This document shows positions 51,346 through 64,000 of a stretch of DNA of 64,000 nucleotides, piece after piece. The stretch covers positions 1 to 64,000 of the forward strand of contig NGBS01000008.1 of the NCBI GenBank assembly GCA_002245135.1. Reading direction: 5' to 3'. Each line of letters starts with the position of its first letter. The stretch's first letter is position 1. The translations under genes and the position numbers were made by a program. This DNA comes from Proteromonas lacertae (Eukaryota). The notes under the pieces are model-generated. The model searched no databases. It had not been told where the DNA came from and was given only the letters and a program-made list of their open reading frames with translations.

Positions 51346-52772
51346 ATGGCCAAATTGTTCATATTTATACTAGCATTAGTTATTTTTCCTTCAATTTTGG
51401 CATTGAAAGCTAAGGTATCATATCAATATTATACATATCTCATATTAATTCTATTTAATTAGCCGACTGCAAAAGCTGATAAATTGAGACAAAAACCTGC
51501 AACCAATAATATTGACTGATAGGAACTATACTGATTATACTGTTGATGATTATCGTTCTTATGGAATATATGTATTATACACAGTTAGAAGTAAAAGATT
51601 TCAATGTAGATTTTGTGCGCAAGCAATTGAAGCATTAAATATTGTAGCTGGATCCCATGAGAAGTTTTTCCCAGGATCAACAGATATATTCTTTGCCCAT
51701 GCTGTATATGAAGATAATCAATACGGATTCTCAATGGTATAAATCATTTTTCTAATAATTTCAATGAATAGCATCAAATAGAAACAGCTCCAGTTTTATC
51801 CTACTTCCCACCAACTAAAGTCAGAAGTGGAGAAGAATTATCCAAAAGACTTCGTCCAGAATACACATTATCCAATGAAATAGATCTTAAACTGTTATTA
51901 GAACATGTTGAAAAATTATCAGGTAGAAAAGTATATATTTTATCCAATTTATATAATTTTTAGATTCCAATTTATTATTCTCCTGAATCATTAAGCAAAT
52001 TATCAATGTTATCAACAATTGGTTTTTCTATTTTGATATTATATTTATCATCATTAGGTAGAACTTGGAGAGAAATATATGAAAGTAAAGGAGTGTGGAG
52101 AGTTGGATCACTTGTATATATATATAATTAGGTTTATAATTTGTTAGATTGTTTTTGGTGTTTCTGTTTCAGGAATGGTTTATTGTATTATTAACAAACC
52201 AGCTTTATATCATCCTATATCTTTTATTTTTTTTTATTATATACATATATTATATTTCTTTAACTGATTTTTACAATCTTGATGAAAAGAATTGGAAAAA
52301 GAAATTTTCATTTTTTACTGATACTAGTGATTATCAAACAATATCTTTTTTTTTAATATTTATAAAAATATAAATTACATATCTTTAACTCTTTGTGTTT
52401 TGTTTAAATAGGTGAAGGTTTAGTAATTGGTGTTATGAATGTATTAGGTTGTATTGTTTTGGCAATTGCATTAAAATATTCAAATTCTATTCATGGTTAT
52501 ATGATAAGTAATTGTTTGAATTGTTTAGCATTATCAATATTTGTTGTAGAGTATATTATTATTATTATTTATATATTTATAGTGTTCGTGAATTGTATTC
52601 ATTGTATTGCTATAAGAGTGGATGGTATGGTGATGAAATTGGAAGATATAACAAAGAAAGTTGGTTCTATATAAAGAGACTTATCACATGGAAGAAGGTG
52701 AAGAGATATATTTTTGATTTTAAGAAATCATGGGGTAAATTGTCAAAGGAAATAAGAAAATTAATGAAGTAA
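51346..52772 (+). CDS. Oligosaccharyltransferase subunit OST3/OST6 (MAGT1/TUSC3-like)
   Basis: Signal peptide, thioredoxin-like CRFC, SGMVYCIINKP, YQTIGEGLVIG and TM segments. Confidence 0.85.
52217..52274 (+). other. U12-type AT-AC intron (58 nt)
   Basis: 5' ATATCTTT, branch TTCTTTAAC 10 nt before the terminal AC; restores the frame LYHP|NLDEK. Confidence 0.88.
52341..52407 (+). other. Candidate U12-type AT-AA intron (67 nt)
   Basis: 5' ATATCTTT, branch TCTTTAAC. The AA at 52406-52407 keeps the frame (YQT|IGEG), whereas the AG at 52410-52411 leads to a stop. Confidence 0.72.
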
Positions 52773-52877
52773 CCTGTTTTTTTTATTATTTCTTTTTTGT
52801 TTTTAATTGTAGTTATAAAAAAAAAACAATATTTATATTGAAATGGATATGAGATATAATAGTCTGTCTAAATTAGC

Positions 52878-55326
52878 TTAATTAGCTGCAGCAGGTGGTT
52901 CAGGAGCAGAAGCCTCTGCAGCTGGAGGAGCTGGTGCATTTTCAACAGTTGCTGATGCAGGAGCTGGCTGAGATTGTGATTGAGGTTTTGGATCAGGTTC
53001 TTTGTCACTTCCCTTCTTCTTATCATCAGTCTTTGCTTTACCAATAACATCTTGAATTGGTCCAGGTGTAAATTCACTGGCTCCATTATGACCATTAGAA
53101 TCTTCACAATAACATAACAATATTGTATCAATAACCATATGATATACACCAAGGAAACTAGTAGCAACCATGTATGATATAAACAAGCAAACTAATGTTG
53201 GAATGAATGGATTATTCAATTCATCTTCTTGTCCAACTTGATAACTCTCTGTAACAGCGAACCATCCATAAGCAATGCAAGCGCACATTCCAGAAATAAC
53301 AACTTTTCCTAAGAAAATCAATACAGATGTAAAACCACTCAAAACACCAACTAAAGCCATATTATTCCAAATTAATTTAAATGCAACAACAGCAGCTTGA
53401 TAAAAACCATAACCACGAATACCAATCTAATATAAATATAAAAAATATATATATAATATACCATAATATAAGCATTTCTAGATATAAATTTCATGCATTT
53501 TTCTAAGCAACACATACAACAATGACATATTCTAAAACAACATCTAGCTAAACAATTACCTTCCTGTAATTTCTTGGTTTGTTTATCAATATAAGTCAAT
53601 ATTGCTCTTAACCATTGTATAACAGCCACTATAAATGATCCAAAAGCTAATGATCCTAGATGATACCTCATTATTGTACACATTGATTTCCAAGGTGAAC
53701 AACATTTCTGTGGTCGGTTATTGTTCTTGTCTGGGATTGTATAGTAATAAGTACCTACAGCTAATGCAACACTTGTCATTAATAAGGCTTGTAAGAACTG
53801 TTGACTCCATAAGAAACCTAATAAATCAAACCACATCAAGACGAAAACTGGTTGTACTTTTGTCAAATCCAATTGCTATTGTTGGAAATGTTCCATTGAA
53901 TCTTTCATCAATAAACTCTTGTATTCCATTATTATTAACTATTTAATAATAATAATAATAATAATGAATAAATACTAGTATCTTGTATTTTTTGAGTTGC
54001 ATTGACCATAGTATCACCAGCTGTATACATCATTGCAGCACTGAAAATAAAGAACAAAGTAACACAGACTAAACCAATATCAGTAATAATTGGTAAGAAA
54101 ACAATAGATGGAATTCTACCTACTGCATTGGAAGCAGCTTTAATAACAGCAATTGATATTTTAATATGACTATACAAAGCAGCAAATAATATAACAACCA
54201 AAATGCAAACAAATATCATTACATAACCACCAACTTCCCAATAGGTTTGATAATAGTTTGATGGCAATAAGTAATCAGGTAAACTACTCTTAAAATCTTG
54301 AACAGAATCTTGTGCACTGGAAGAATTAAACACATCATCTGTAAAATTGCCAGTAAACTCAATAGCTGCATTTGCAATACCATAAACATCAATCACACCA
54401 CCTTTATACAAGCAAAACACAGTGAATAAAATAGAAACAACAACTACACCAATAATCACCAACCACACGAATAATTTAACTAACCATTTCATTAATAAAA
54501 CAAATACAAAACCTAATACAATAGGAATCAATAAACCAGTAACTAATATTGACCATTTAGTTTTATTTAAATCAGCTAACCATCCACCAATATAAAACAT
54601 AGTAGTGCTCATTTGATCTACTAATGGATTGTAAGAAGCAGCTAATTCTGCTGATACATCACTGACTGTTACTTGTTTTGATATACAACGTGGATCATCT
54701 GGTGCAATATACTTATCTTCATCAGTTTCATCTACACCTATCATATTTGGTTCAATGCAAACTTCTTTTCTCATTTTTTTATTGGCACTTTCAAACATAC
54801 ATCTGTGTAATATTGAGGTGGTGTTTAAAGGTACAATCCAACATTTTGAACAGTAATCTTTATCATTTGATTTATGAAATCCACAATTTTGGAGAACATC
54901 TTCTTTTTTCACTTCTTCTTCAGTCATATCTACATCTTCTGTACATACCAAATCACCCATTTTTGGACATTCTTTCATACAAACACCAAATAACTTTATA
55001 TCATTAGAATCTGGTAAATATGAACCATTCAAGGCTCCCTTTGCATAATTTGTAGAAAATAAGACTACATCATCATTGATTCTGGGATAATAAATGTATG
55101 AACTATTGTCTTTACAGATATCACCTTTATAATCAGTTGGATACCATAAACGGTCTTGCTCTCCCTCCACACATGCGTATATAAAAATACCAATAAAGAA
55201 TATCCAGCATAATATAAAGATTATACAACAAGGAATGTTTGTACACTTTCTTTTATTTTCTACCTCCCATTTTTCTGGAGGTTTAACGTCAAATGCGCAA
55301 CAAGTAAAACAGGGGAAACAACCCAT
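52878..55326 (-). CDS. Choline transporter-like protein (CTL/SLC44)
   Basis: RKCTNIPCCIIF, RLWYPTDYKGDIC, RYHLGSLAFGSFIVA, CLEKCMKFISRNAYIM, IDTILLCYCED. Confidence 0.94.
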
Positions 55327-55570
55327 CTCTCAAACAAATTACACAATAAATTGAAATTTTTGAAAAGCTTGGTAATAATCAAGCCCACATCAGTTTGATT
55401 TTGTTTTATTCAATCTTCAGTCATTAATTTGAAGATTATTATGTATGCATTGTCTTTTATATTCATAACCATACACAAATAGAATAACAATAATTGTGAA
55501 ATTAAAAATACATAAAACTATTTGTTAAATATTACATGACAATTACCATATAAATACGATAATTTATTCT

Positions 55571-57656
55571 CTACATAATTTTACAGCAAGAAGTTGGTTG
55601 AGCAATTGCTCCTAAAGTTTCTTCATACTTCATCAATTCAGTAATTTCTGCTTGTAATGCACAAGGATTGACATAATCCCATTCACTAAACTGCTTCTGC
55701 CAATCTTCATTCACTTCTTCACTAATTTCTTCAAATTCACCAATTACACTCTGTGGTAATACATTCAAATCTCTATCAGGATGATAAGGTGGATCTGCTT
55801 GTAATGACTGTATAACATGCCAATTGATCTTTGCAAAAAAAGGATGATTCTTTATCTCTTCAATACCATTCGCACCCAGCCTTTTCTTTGGATCTCTAGT
55901 GAGTAAACCTTTACAAAATGCTTTTCCTTCTGGTGTAAAGTACTTAGGATGATATGGTGGATCATATTTCAATGTTGCTATATCTATTGCTTTATGGTGA
56001 TCAGGATCGAACCCCATACACTCAGTCCTTCTAAATGGACATTTACCAGTTAACATCTCATAGATTAAACAACCATAAGACCAATAATCACAAACATGAG
56101 TGTAAGGCTTTCGTGTTTCTCTGGCAGTTAGTATTTCTGGAGCCCAATATCCTCTCGTACCACACAAACTAGTTGGATGGACTGATTCTTCAACAGCTAG
56201 TCCAAGATCTGTGATAATCGCATTTCCTTTCTTATCCAGCATTATATTGGTAGGTTTCATATCTCTGTAGATTATTCCCATTGAGTGTAAATGCTCTAAT
56301 CCTAATAATATCTGAGCTGCATAGAAGATTACTTGATCTTGAGTAAATTTAGTGGTTTTAAGGTGAAAACTTAAATCTCCACCTGATTTTATATCTATCA
56401 CTAGAAACAAATCATCTCTAGTTTGAAACGAATATCTTAAATCAGTAACAAATGGTGAATGTATTTGAGCTAAAAAGTGCCTTTCTAATATACACACTTT
56501 TTCTGCTTTATTTAACTTTACTCTATTTTTCTTCATTGTTTTTAAAGCGTATAATCTTCCAGTATCTTTCTTTTTACAGGCACTTACCATACCAAATCCA
56601 CCTCTACCTAGCACACGAAGTACAGCGAAATCTCTTTCATTGACTGTTCTTTTTTCTAATAATTTAATCTAAATAAATAATAAATAATAATTATATATAG
56701 ATAGATATATAGATAGATACTTTCAAATAAGTTAAATATCTAAAAGACTTTTTAAAATCTTCAAAGTACTGTAGTCTTAATCTATCAATAATTAATGCAA
56801 CTAATGGTGAGAATAGATCTGTAGGTAATGGACTTATTGTAACATGGTGATGATGTGAATTATTTGGATTACCAGGAGTAGGATTGGATACTTTAATGTG
56901 TAAATTATTGAGATTGGAAGAAGAGGTATTAGATTTTACTGCCGCTGTGTTCTTCTCATTTTCTTCACACTAATTTATAAATTAATATAAATTTCTATAC
57001 AATGGCTAATAATTTTTGTTTGATTCTATCACATTCTCCTCCTTTTTCTCTAATGAGATTTTCATTACTGACTTTACAGTCTTCTTTGGCTTTTTTGAAA
57101 TCGATTTGATATTGTAACATATCTATGTTTAAAGTACGAGAATCTTCGGTATTACGAAAACACTATTCAAAATAATGGATAATAATATTATGCTATTATA
57201 CTTTAGTTGAAAATTCTTTACGAAGATTTGTATCAAGACAGCTATTTGAACTTATAAATTTATCGTATATTTTCTTTCCATATTTATTCCTTCTACGTCT
57301 AGATGTGCAATTCTATAAATCTAATCACATTTTCAATAATACTTTGAATTCAAAAGCATATTCTACGAATGCGATGAGCGCTAACTCTTTTCTATCTTGT
57401 GCTACATATTTTTTCCACTAAAAATATATAAATAGTAGATATACTAGAAAATAACCTGCCGATTCCTTGATTACAGAAAATAATGATGGTTCTTCCATTT
57501 TCTTCTCGTAGGCTTTAGCTTCTTCATCAGTTGGTAACATTAATTTAGTAGTGGGCCTAGTATATAACGAAGTAGAGTCAAATACCTAGGAACTGGGTCA
57601 CACAAAGCTCCAAAATACTGTGCATCCTGAATTGCATCTTGCAAATCACCATCCAT
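55571..57656 (-). CDS. G protein-coupled receptor kinase (N-terminal helix, RGS-homology region, AGC kinase, CaaX)
   Basis: N-terminus MDGDLQDAIQDAQYFGAL; RGS-like GYFLWKKY..IAFVEYAFEFK..KKIYDKFI; kinase DFAVLRVLGRGGFGMVSACKKKDTGRLYALK, GGDLSFHL, DLGLA. Ends CCKIM. Confidence 0.88.
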
Positions 57657-57795
57657 GTATACAACTTCTCAATGTGTTAAACAAAAGAAAAGTTATTCAA
57701 TTCGTTATATTCGGCTTGAGTGGCTTGTTTGTTTGAATGAATAAATTCACACAGATTTTCACAAAAATATAAAACAAACATTATTAAATAACTAA

Positions 57796-58508
57796 TTATA
57801 TTCTCGAAAATTGGAATAAATCAACTTCTATATCTTTACTTTTTTGATTGTGAAATTTGTACATTTTTGGTATGTCATATATTAGATGTGCTATAGCTTT
57901 ACATTTTACTTTCCATTGTTGGCTTTTCTTCAATATATACTAGACAAATTAAAAGAAAAAACATACTGCTTTTGTGGACGTTTTGTGTAATGAATAAACC
58001 ATTGGAGAGTACTATTAATGTATTAATATAAAGTAGATAAATAAGTAATTTCATACACATAAAGCTTTTTCAACAAACTTCATATCTATTCCTTTTTCTC
58101 TTGTACCAAAAGGTGGATTCATCACAATTGTATCGAATAAATAACCATCATTTGAATTTAACTCCAACCTAGATATATCACATTGAATTAAGTCAATATT
58201 CAACTCATAATTGTTAATATTCTCTTGTGCAAGTAATAGAGCATCATCATCAATATCAAAACCACATGTGTATCTATTTCATAAAGATAGTCAATAAAAT
58301 ACGCTGCACCCATCAATGAAGATGCAATTGATAAAATGCCTGTTCCACATCCAAAATCTCCAACTCTTTTATCTTCAATATCACCTTGTTGATACATGGT
58401 ATAAACAACACACGCTGCTAAATGAGCTGATGTTGGATATTGTTCGAGTTGAACTTTTGGATTTTCAAAACCTTTTAATTCATACAATGCTTCTTCTAAT
58501 TTCTTCAT
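57796..58508 (-). CDS. METTL5: rRNA N6-adenosine methyltransferase METTL5
   Basis: FENPKVQLEQYPTSAHLA, DFGCGTG, MNPPFGT, VYSLHK, YKFH..DIEVD. Confidence 0.95.
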
Positions 58509-58546
58509 AATTTGATTTTTTAATTGTCAAACCTATCAAGCCTAGA

Positions 58547-59169
58547 ATGTCTTCTTTTGCCGATTTCATTGACTTTGCTCCATTTTATACGTATATTCAC
58601 TACTTAATATTTATGTAGTATACAGCTAGAAGAAAATACTAGGAAGAAACAGCTAGAATTATGGAAGCAATACATTCTTTGTAATCTACAGCAAAGCAAG
58701 CAATTTGTAATAGATTTAAAATCATATCCTCCTTTTAGCAATCCAAAAATTAATAGTATTATTTAGCATAATAAATTGTTAGGAAGTTTAGATGAAGAAT
58801 CTAGAAAAGCAATATTTCAATATCTATTTGATAGTGGTATGATTATTAAAAAAAGTAATAGAATTATAATATATAGGTAATTGTGAATATATTAACTCCA
58901 CATCAAAAGATTCAATATTCTTACTTCCTGCTCCGAAGAATGAAATTATAAAGCAGTTATTGGAATATCTTAAATCTAATAATATTAAAGTAGATACCTT
59001 TCAAACTCTCATTTCTTCTCCATTATGTCGTATATTGTATTTGTTAATTCTTTTAGCTATTTATCATTTCCCAGATGATATAGTAAAGAAATTCTTTGTG
59101 CAATTACAAAATGAAGGGAAGGTGCTTATTATATATAATGTAAACGGAAATGGTTTTAAATTACTCTAA
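58547..59169 (+). CDS. VPS25: ESCRT-II subunit VPS25
   Basis: Spliced DFAPFYTIQ..TRKKQLELW..PFSNPKINRSL..LQNEGK..GFK. Confidence 0.85.
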
Positions 59170-59322
59170 TTATATTTATTTATCTTTTTTTTTTGTATTT
59201 GTGTATATATTGATCATAATTCATCTATTTTATCAAATGAGATTTGATTTCCTACCTGTTGAAAAGAAAGAAATATAGTCAGTTACACATTTGAAACGAA
59301 TAGAATTTTATAAATTAATTGA

Positions 59323-62300
59323 ATGGATTTATTATTGCCATTTTATGATGAGTTAACATCGAATGACAGTGAAATAAAAACATCCGGATTGAAAAAGCTC
59401 AAAAATTATGTGGAGCAATCACTCTCACTGTCAAGTCAAGAAGAATTAAAACAACTAATGAGTGATATATCTAATTGGATATTAAGTAATATAAAAAGTA
59501 CAAAAATATCTGATCAATATTTCGCTGTTAAATCTATTAATGAGCTATATCGGTGTTGCGATCAAGACACTATATTACAATACGCAAATTATATTAAACC
59601 AGTGATAGATAATCATTATTCAGAAAGTGGAATAGATGAAATGTTGAGGTTTTCTTGTAAAGTATAAATACACTTGTTTTTATCATAATTATAAATAGAC
59701 ATATGGTAAACTAATAAAAAGGATAAATGCAGAGAATTCAGATTTTATTGAACAAGCAATTCCAAAAGTGATTGAACAATTAAACGAGAACTATGAGAAA
59801 ACCAAACGAATAAATGCATTGTGTCTACTACAAACATATGTAAATTCATGTCCTAACACATTTTCAAAGTATATAGAACAAGTATTCAAAAATCTATATA
59901 ATCCACTCAAAGATAACAATGTATGAATATATATAATGTTATGTTTATATAAATAGGTACAAATAAGAACATTAGCTGGCGATACACTCTCAGAGTGTCT
60001 TAATTTAATGACTCATACAGATTATTACGATAATAACCTTAAGCTATGTTATGATTTGGATAATCAAGCTTCCAATTTGGTAAACACAAATATATATGAG
60101 AATATACATGCTGGTTTAATCATATGGAAAAGTTTAATCGAGAAAAAATTAAGTTTTCTTCTTCCTCGATATGATGAAATATGCAATAAACTTTTAAAAT
60201 TTAAAACCCATAAGAATTATATAATTACTCAAACATTAATAGAATTAGCACCAACATTAGCAGAATTGAGAGCTGAATCATTTACAAAATACTTTAACGA
60301 TTTGTATATAATTATTTTTCATATTTTTATTTATTTATTTATAGTTTATTGATATATTATACTTATCTTGTATCTTCTGGACGTAATCCATCCTGTGTAT
60401 TCATCAGTTTTTCAAAACTATCCAACGTAGTACCACCACAACTAGTTGATTCTCCTTTACGATTAAAAGATGGAAGAATAATTATCTTAGTAAATTATAT
60501 CTTCGATTTATTTATGAATATAATTAAGAATCAGAATAAAGATAATATAAGTGTTGTTTTTCAATCAATTTCTAATTTCACTAAGTGTAAATCAGATAGA
60601 GTTGGTAATTATATACATAGGTTAGTCCCAGAATTATTTAAACTCAATCTAACCACAGACCTTATTCAGACATTCTCAGATATAAGTGATCATTATCATT
60701 TAATCACTAAAAATATAGAAAATCATATACTTAAAAAGATATCAATAATGTTGGAAGTACAGAAAGATCCATCTGTTAAATCAATAATCAGTATATTTAA
60801 ATTTAAAAAGTATAAAATTTTAAAACCAAAAGAAAAGATTAGTAGAAGTGATATATTGAATTGTTTGAATATTTTATTTCAATATTCATTTCATACTATT
60901 GATTCTAATAAATATATTCAAATTGGAATGAAATATATAAATGATCCTGATTGGAAAGTAAGGCAATTGGCATGTTTAGTTATTCTAAAAGTATATAATA
61001 ATCAATTATTTATAATATATATATATAGTTAATAATCTATGATTCATCTCATAAACTGTCAGAAACGAATTGTTTGTGTAATAATTTTGGTATAATTCAA
61101 CAGTTATTACCACTGATTGTAACAGATTATGATGGTGATAATAGATATATATTGTTAGATTACTTAACAAAGATTGAACTACAAACATATCTAATTCAAG
61201 TATATTTATATATATATATATTATAGTCTGAAATTGCTATAACAATAGCTCAAACTCTCAGTGATACAAATTATTCCATTCGTTTAAAAGGTTTGAAGAT
61301 ATTAGGTCCTCTTTTACCATTAAACCCCAAAGTTATTATCTTACCAATTCGAAAGTTATTATTACAGTTATTCAATGAGATTAGTTGTACTATTAAAGGC
61401 CATGATTATGATTCTCAATATCAATTAATAAGTGAAATATTACATTTTGATTCACATATGTTTCATCCTTATTATCATGTGATATTTAATTTAATGTTAA
61501 ACCAATTAGAATCATGTCAAAGAAGTATATTATTATATATTATAATTATATTTATAATATAGAAAGTTCAATTGTATTGATATTAAAGGTAATTGAAGAT
61601 TTACTCAACTTAAATTACATAGATAAAGAATTATACGATAAATTAGTCGTATATTTAATCAAATATTTAGAACAACAAATCAATTATGAAACACTTAAAG
61701 AATCAATTCGATTAATCAAATTATTATATCAAATCCAAGGAATAGCAGTAGAACCTTATTTTGAACATCCACAGTTATATTCAATATTAATATATATATC
61801 TGGTAATGACCAATTAAATCAAGATATTAGAATCCAAGCCTTAGATTTGATTGGTAGTATTGGTGTAGTTGGTGTACAAAATTACGACAGAGTTGATCCG
61901 TTACTCATTAAATCAAATGATAATAAAGTGAAGAAGATTAAAAGTAAGAATAATAAGAATAAGAATAACAGTAGATATAATCAATATTATAATAACAGTG
62001 ATAATGACAATAATAATAATAATGAAGAAGAAGAAATAAATAGAATCAGTGAAGATAGATTTAGTTTTATTGGTGAAAATATATTAAGTTATGAAGTATA
62101 TGCTGAAGTTGTAATTCACAAGTTAATCAATATATTGAAAGATAGTTCATTGGAGAATTTGTTTAAAGATATATTGGATATTTTGAAATCTATTTTTAGA
62201 AATATAATACAGTCAAAAATGTCAATCCCATTAGTTTCTGAAATGTTATCCGTTTTATTTTCATTATTTAATGAATCGTCACAGAAAACAGTTGTACTTT

Positions 62301-63495
62301 TACACTTTTTGAAGAGTCTATTTCCAGAATTCAAATCTCATTTCATTCCATTCCTACCAGAAGTAATGAAAATTATACAAAGATATTGGAATATACATTT
62401 ACAAATCTGTTTGTCTTTAATAGATGAAATGATATGTTTATTACATTGTAATATCAGGACATTTGTCCCACAGATTGATTTATTGACATTAACTGTATTA
62501 TCAGATGTAAATCCAAACAATTATGAAAAAATAAATCAAGTATTAGCAACAGTTGAACCAATTTGTCATTTTCTTTTCAGACATAATACATCAATTCTAA
62601 ATGCATTATTTCATGTCTTTAATAGTGAAGATTGTTCATTAATACTTAAAATACAGTGTCTTAAGTGTATTGATAATTTAACTCATGATAATTCTGTGTA
62701 TTTACATGGTCAATTGATTGTTAATAATTGTTTGTACATTTTAAAGAAATATCGTTCTGTAAAACCTGTAGTAGATTATGTTACTAAAATATTGTGTAAC
62801 TTGTTGTTGATTTTAAGAGAAGATTTTAATTGCTTTATTAATACAATAGAAAGAGTGTTAGTGGAATGTAATATTGAAGCTTACAATTATCAGAATTATG
62901 TGAATATATTGATATTTCAAAAACCACTACCTCAATTAGAACCATTAAAGTGGGAAAATAGTAGATATTTTTCTAATAATAACAATACATATTATATATA
63001 CAATAATACACTTTCTTCTACTACATCTTCTGCAACTACTGTTGCTAATACAATTACCAATGGAAATTTGATTAATCCTTTTACAGATACTCAACAAATA
63101 TGTGTTATTGAAGATAGAATTAATCAATTGGAAGAGTTTAAACAATGTTGGATTTGTCCAATTAAATCAACATCTGTATATATATATATATATTATTATT
63201 ATTATCTAATATGTTATTTAGGATTTATATTTGGATTGGTATCACAAACTAGTCAGTTCATTTTTAAAATATTCTCCCTGTAACATATTTAGATTGTGTA
63301 GTTCCATAACACATTTTCCTTTATTAAAAGAATTATTTAATTATGCTGTTAGTTCCTGTTGGGATTGTTTAAGTGATAATGATAAGAAGTTATTTGCTAG
63401 TTATTTAAAGACTGTAATTGTTCAACCAAATGTTCCTGTTGAGATATTGGAATGTGTATTATCACTTTGTGAATACTTTGATAGACATGAACTTG

Positions 63496-63533
<38 letters not shown>

Positions 63534-64000
63534 AATAATAGACTTTGGACATTGAAACATCGTTATTAACACAAACATCAATCCAATGTGAATCATTTAG
63601 TAAATCATTAAGAGCATCAGAAGCTGCATTCAGAAAAGATTCAAAGAATATTGATGAGTTAATCAAGTTATATACATCATTACATTATCGTGATGCTGCT
63701 GTATAAAAATACATATTTTATTATTATTATTATTATGAAATAGACTGGAATAATAGATATAATCAAAAAGAAAAGTCATTTACCCATTGATGTAGGAGCA
63801 GAATGGTGTGAACAGTTAGGAAGATGGTCTGATGCATTAGATATATATGAAAAAAGTACAGAGCCAAATTCACTCGAAGTTATATCAGGAAAAATACACT
63901 GTTACTTTGGAAGAGGTGAATATCATGAGATGATGCCATTAGTGAATAATATCCAAGATTATCAAGCCAAATCAGCTAAAGAATATGAAATATTGAAGAA
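59323..64000 (+). CDS. TOR: TOR kinase, N-terminal HEAT repeats and start of the FAT domain; continues beyond the window
   Basis: DWYHKLVSSFLKYSP..ELFNYAVSSCWDCL..EILECVLSLCEYFD and W.EQLGRWSDAL match TOR segments. The kinase domain is not in the window. Confidence 0.82.

Noticed and set aside
52379..52390. Second ATATCTTT after an AC, suggesting recursive U12 splicing
   Set aside because: It overlaps the only branch-site match, so it is more simply read as the branch point.
63499..63531. (TA)n tracts as functional repeats
   Set aside because: Ordinary intronic microsatellites.

Overview
A very AT-rich, gene-dense eukaryotic region with about 30 genes or pseudogenes. Coding sequence is broken by tiny (about 25-45 nt) GT-AG introns, so most ORF-track fragments are exons, and many divergent gene pairs are under 100 nt apart. 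Intron size, U12-type introns, mitochondrial genes and a GRK suggest a Blastocystis/Opalinata-like stramenopile; this is inference only. Housekeeping genes: DHHC palmitoyltransferase, SEM1, Sec6, NDUFC1/NUUM-like, URM1, PHD-Tudor protein, borealin-like, DPM1, GCSH, mitochondrial IF2, OST3/6, CTL/SLC44, GRK, METTL5, VPS25 and the TOR 5' part. Accessory content: a tandem kinase cluster with an unrecognised Trp-rich repeat, pseudokinase-LRR genes and pseudogenes, and three GPI-anchor-like surface paralogs. Highlights: (1) an 11.8 kb gene for a giant (about 3,800 aa) class C GPCR-like receptor with nine tandem bacterial AmiC/UrtA-like periplasmic-binding domains, with a GRK gene about 14 kb away; (2) five candidate minor-spliceosome introns, three AT-AC and two AT-AA; (3) a recurrent TCAAGC promoter motif. 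All gene models were built by eye, so exon boundaries are approximate where stated.
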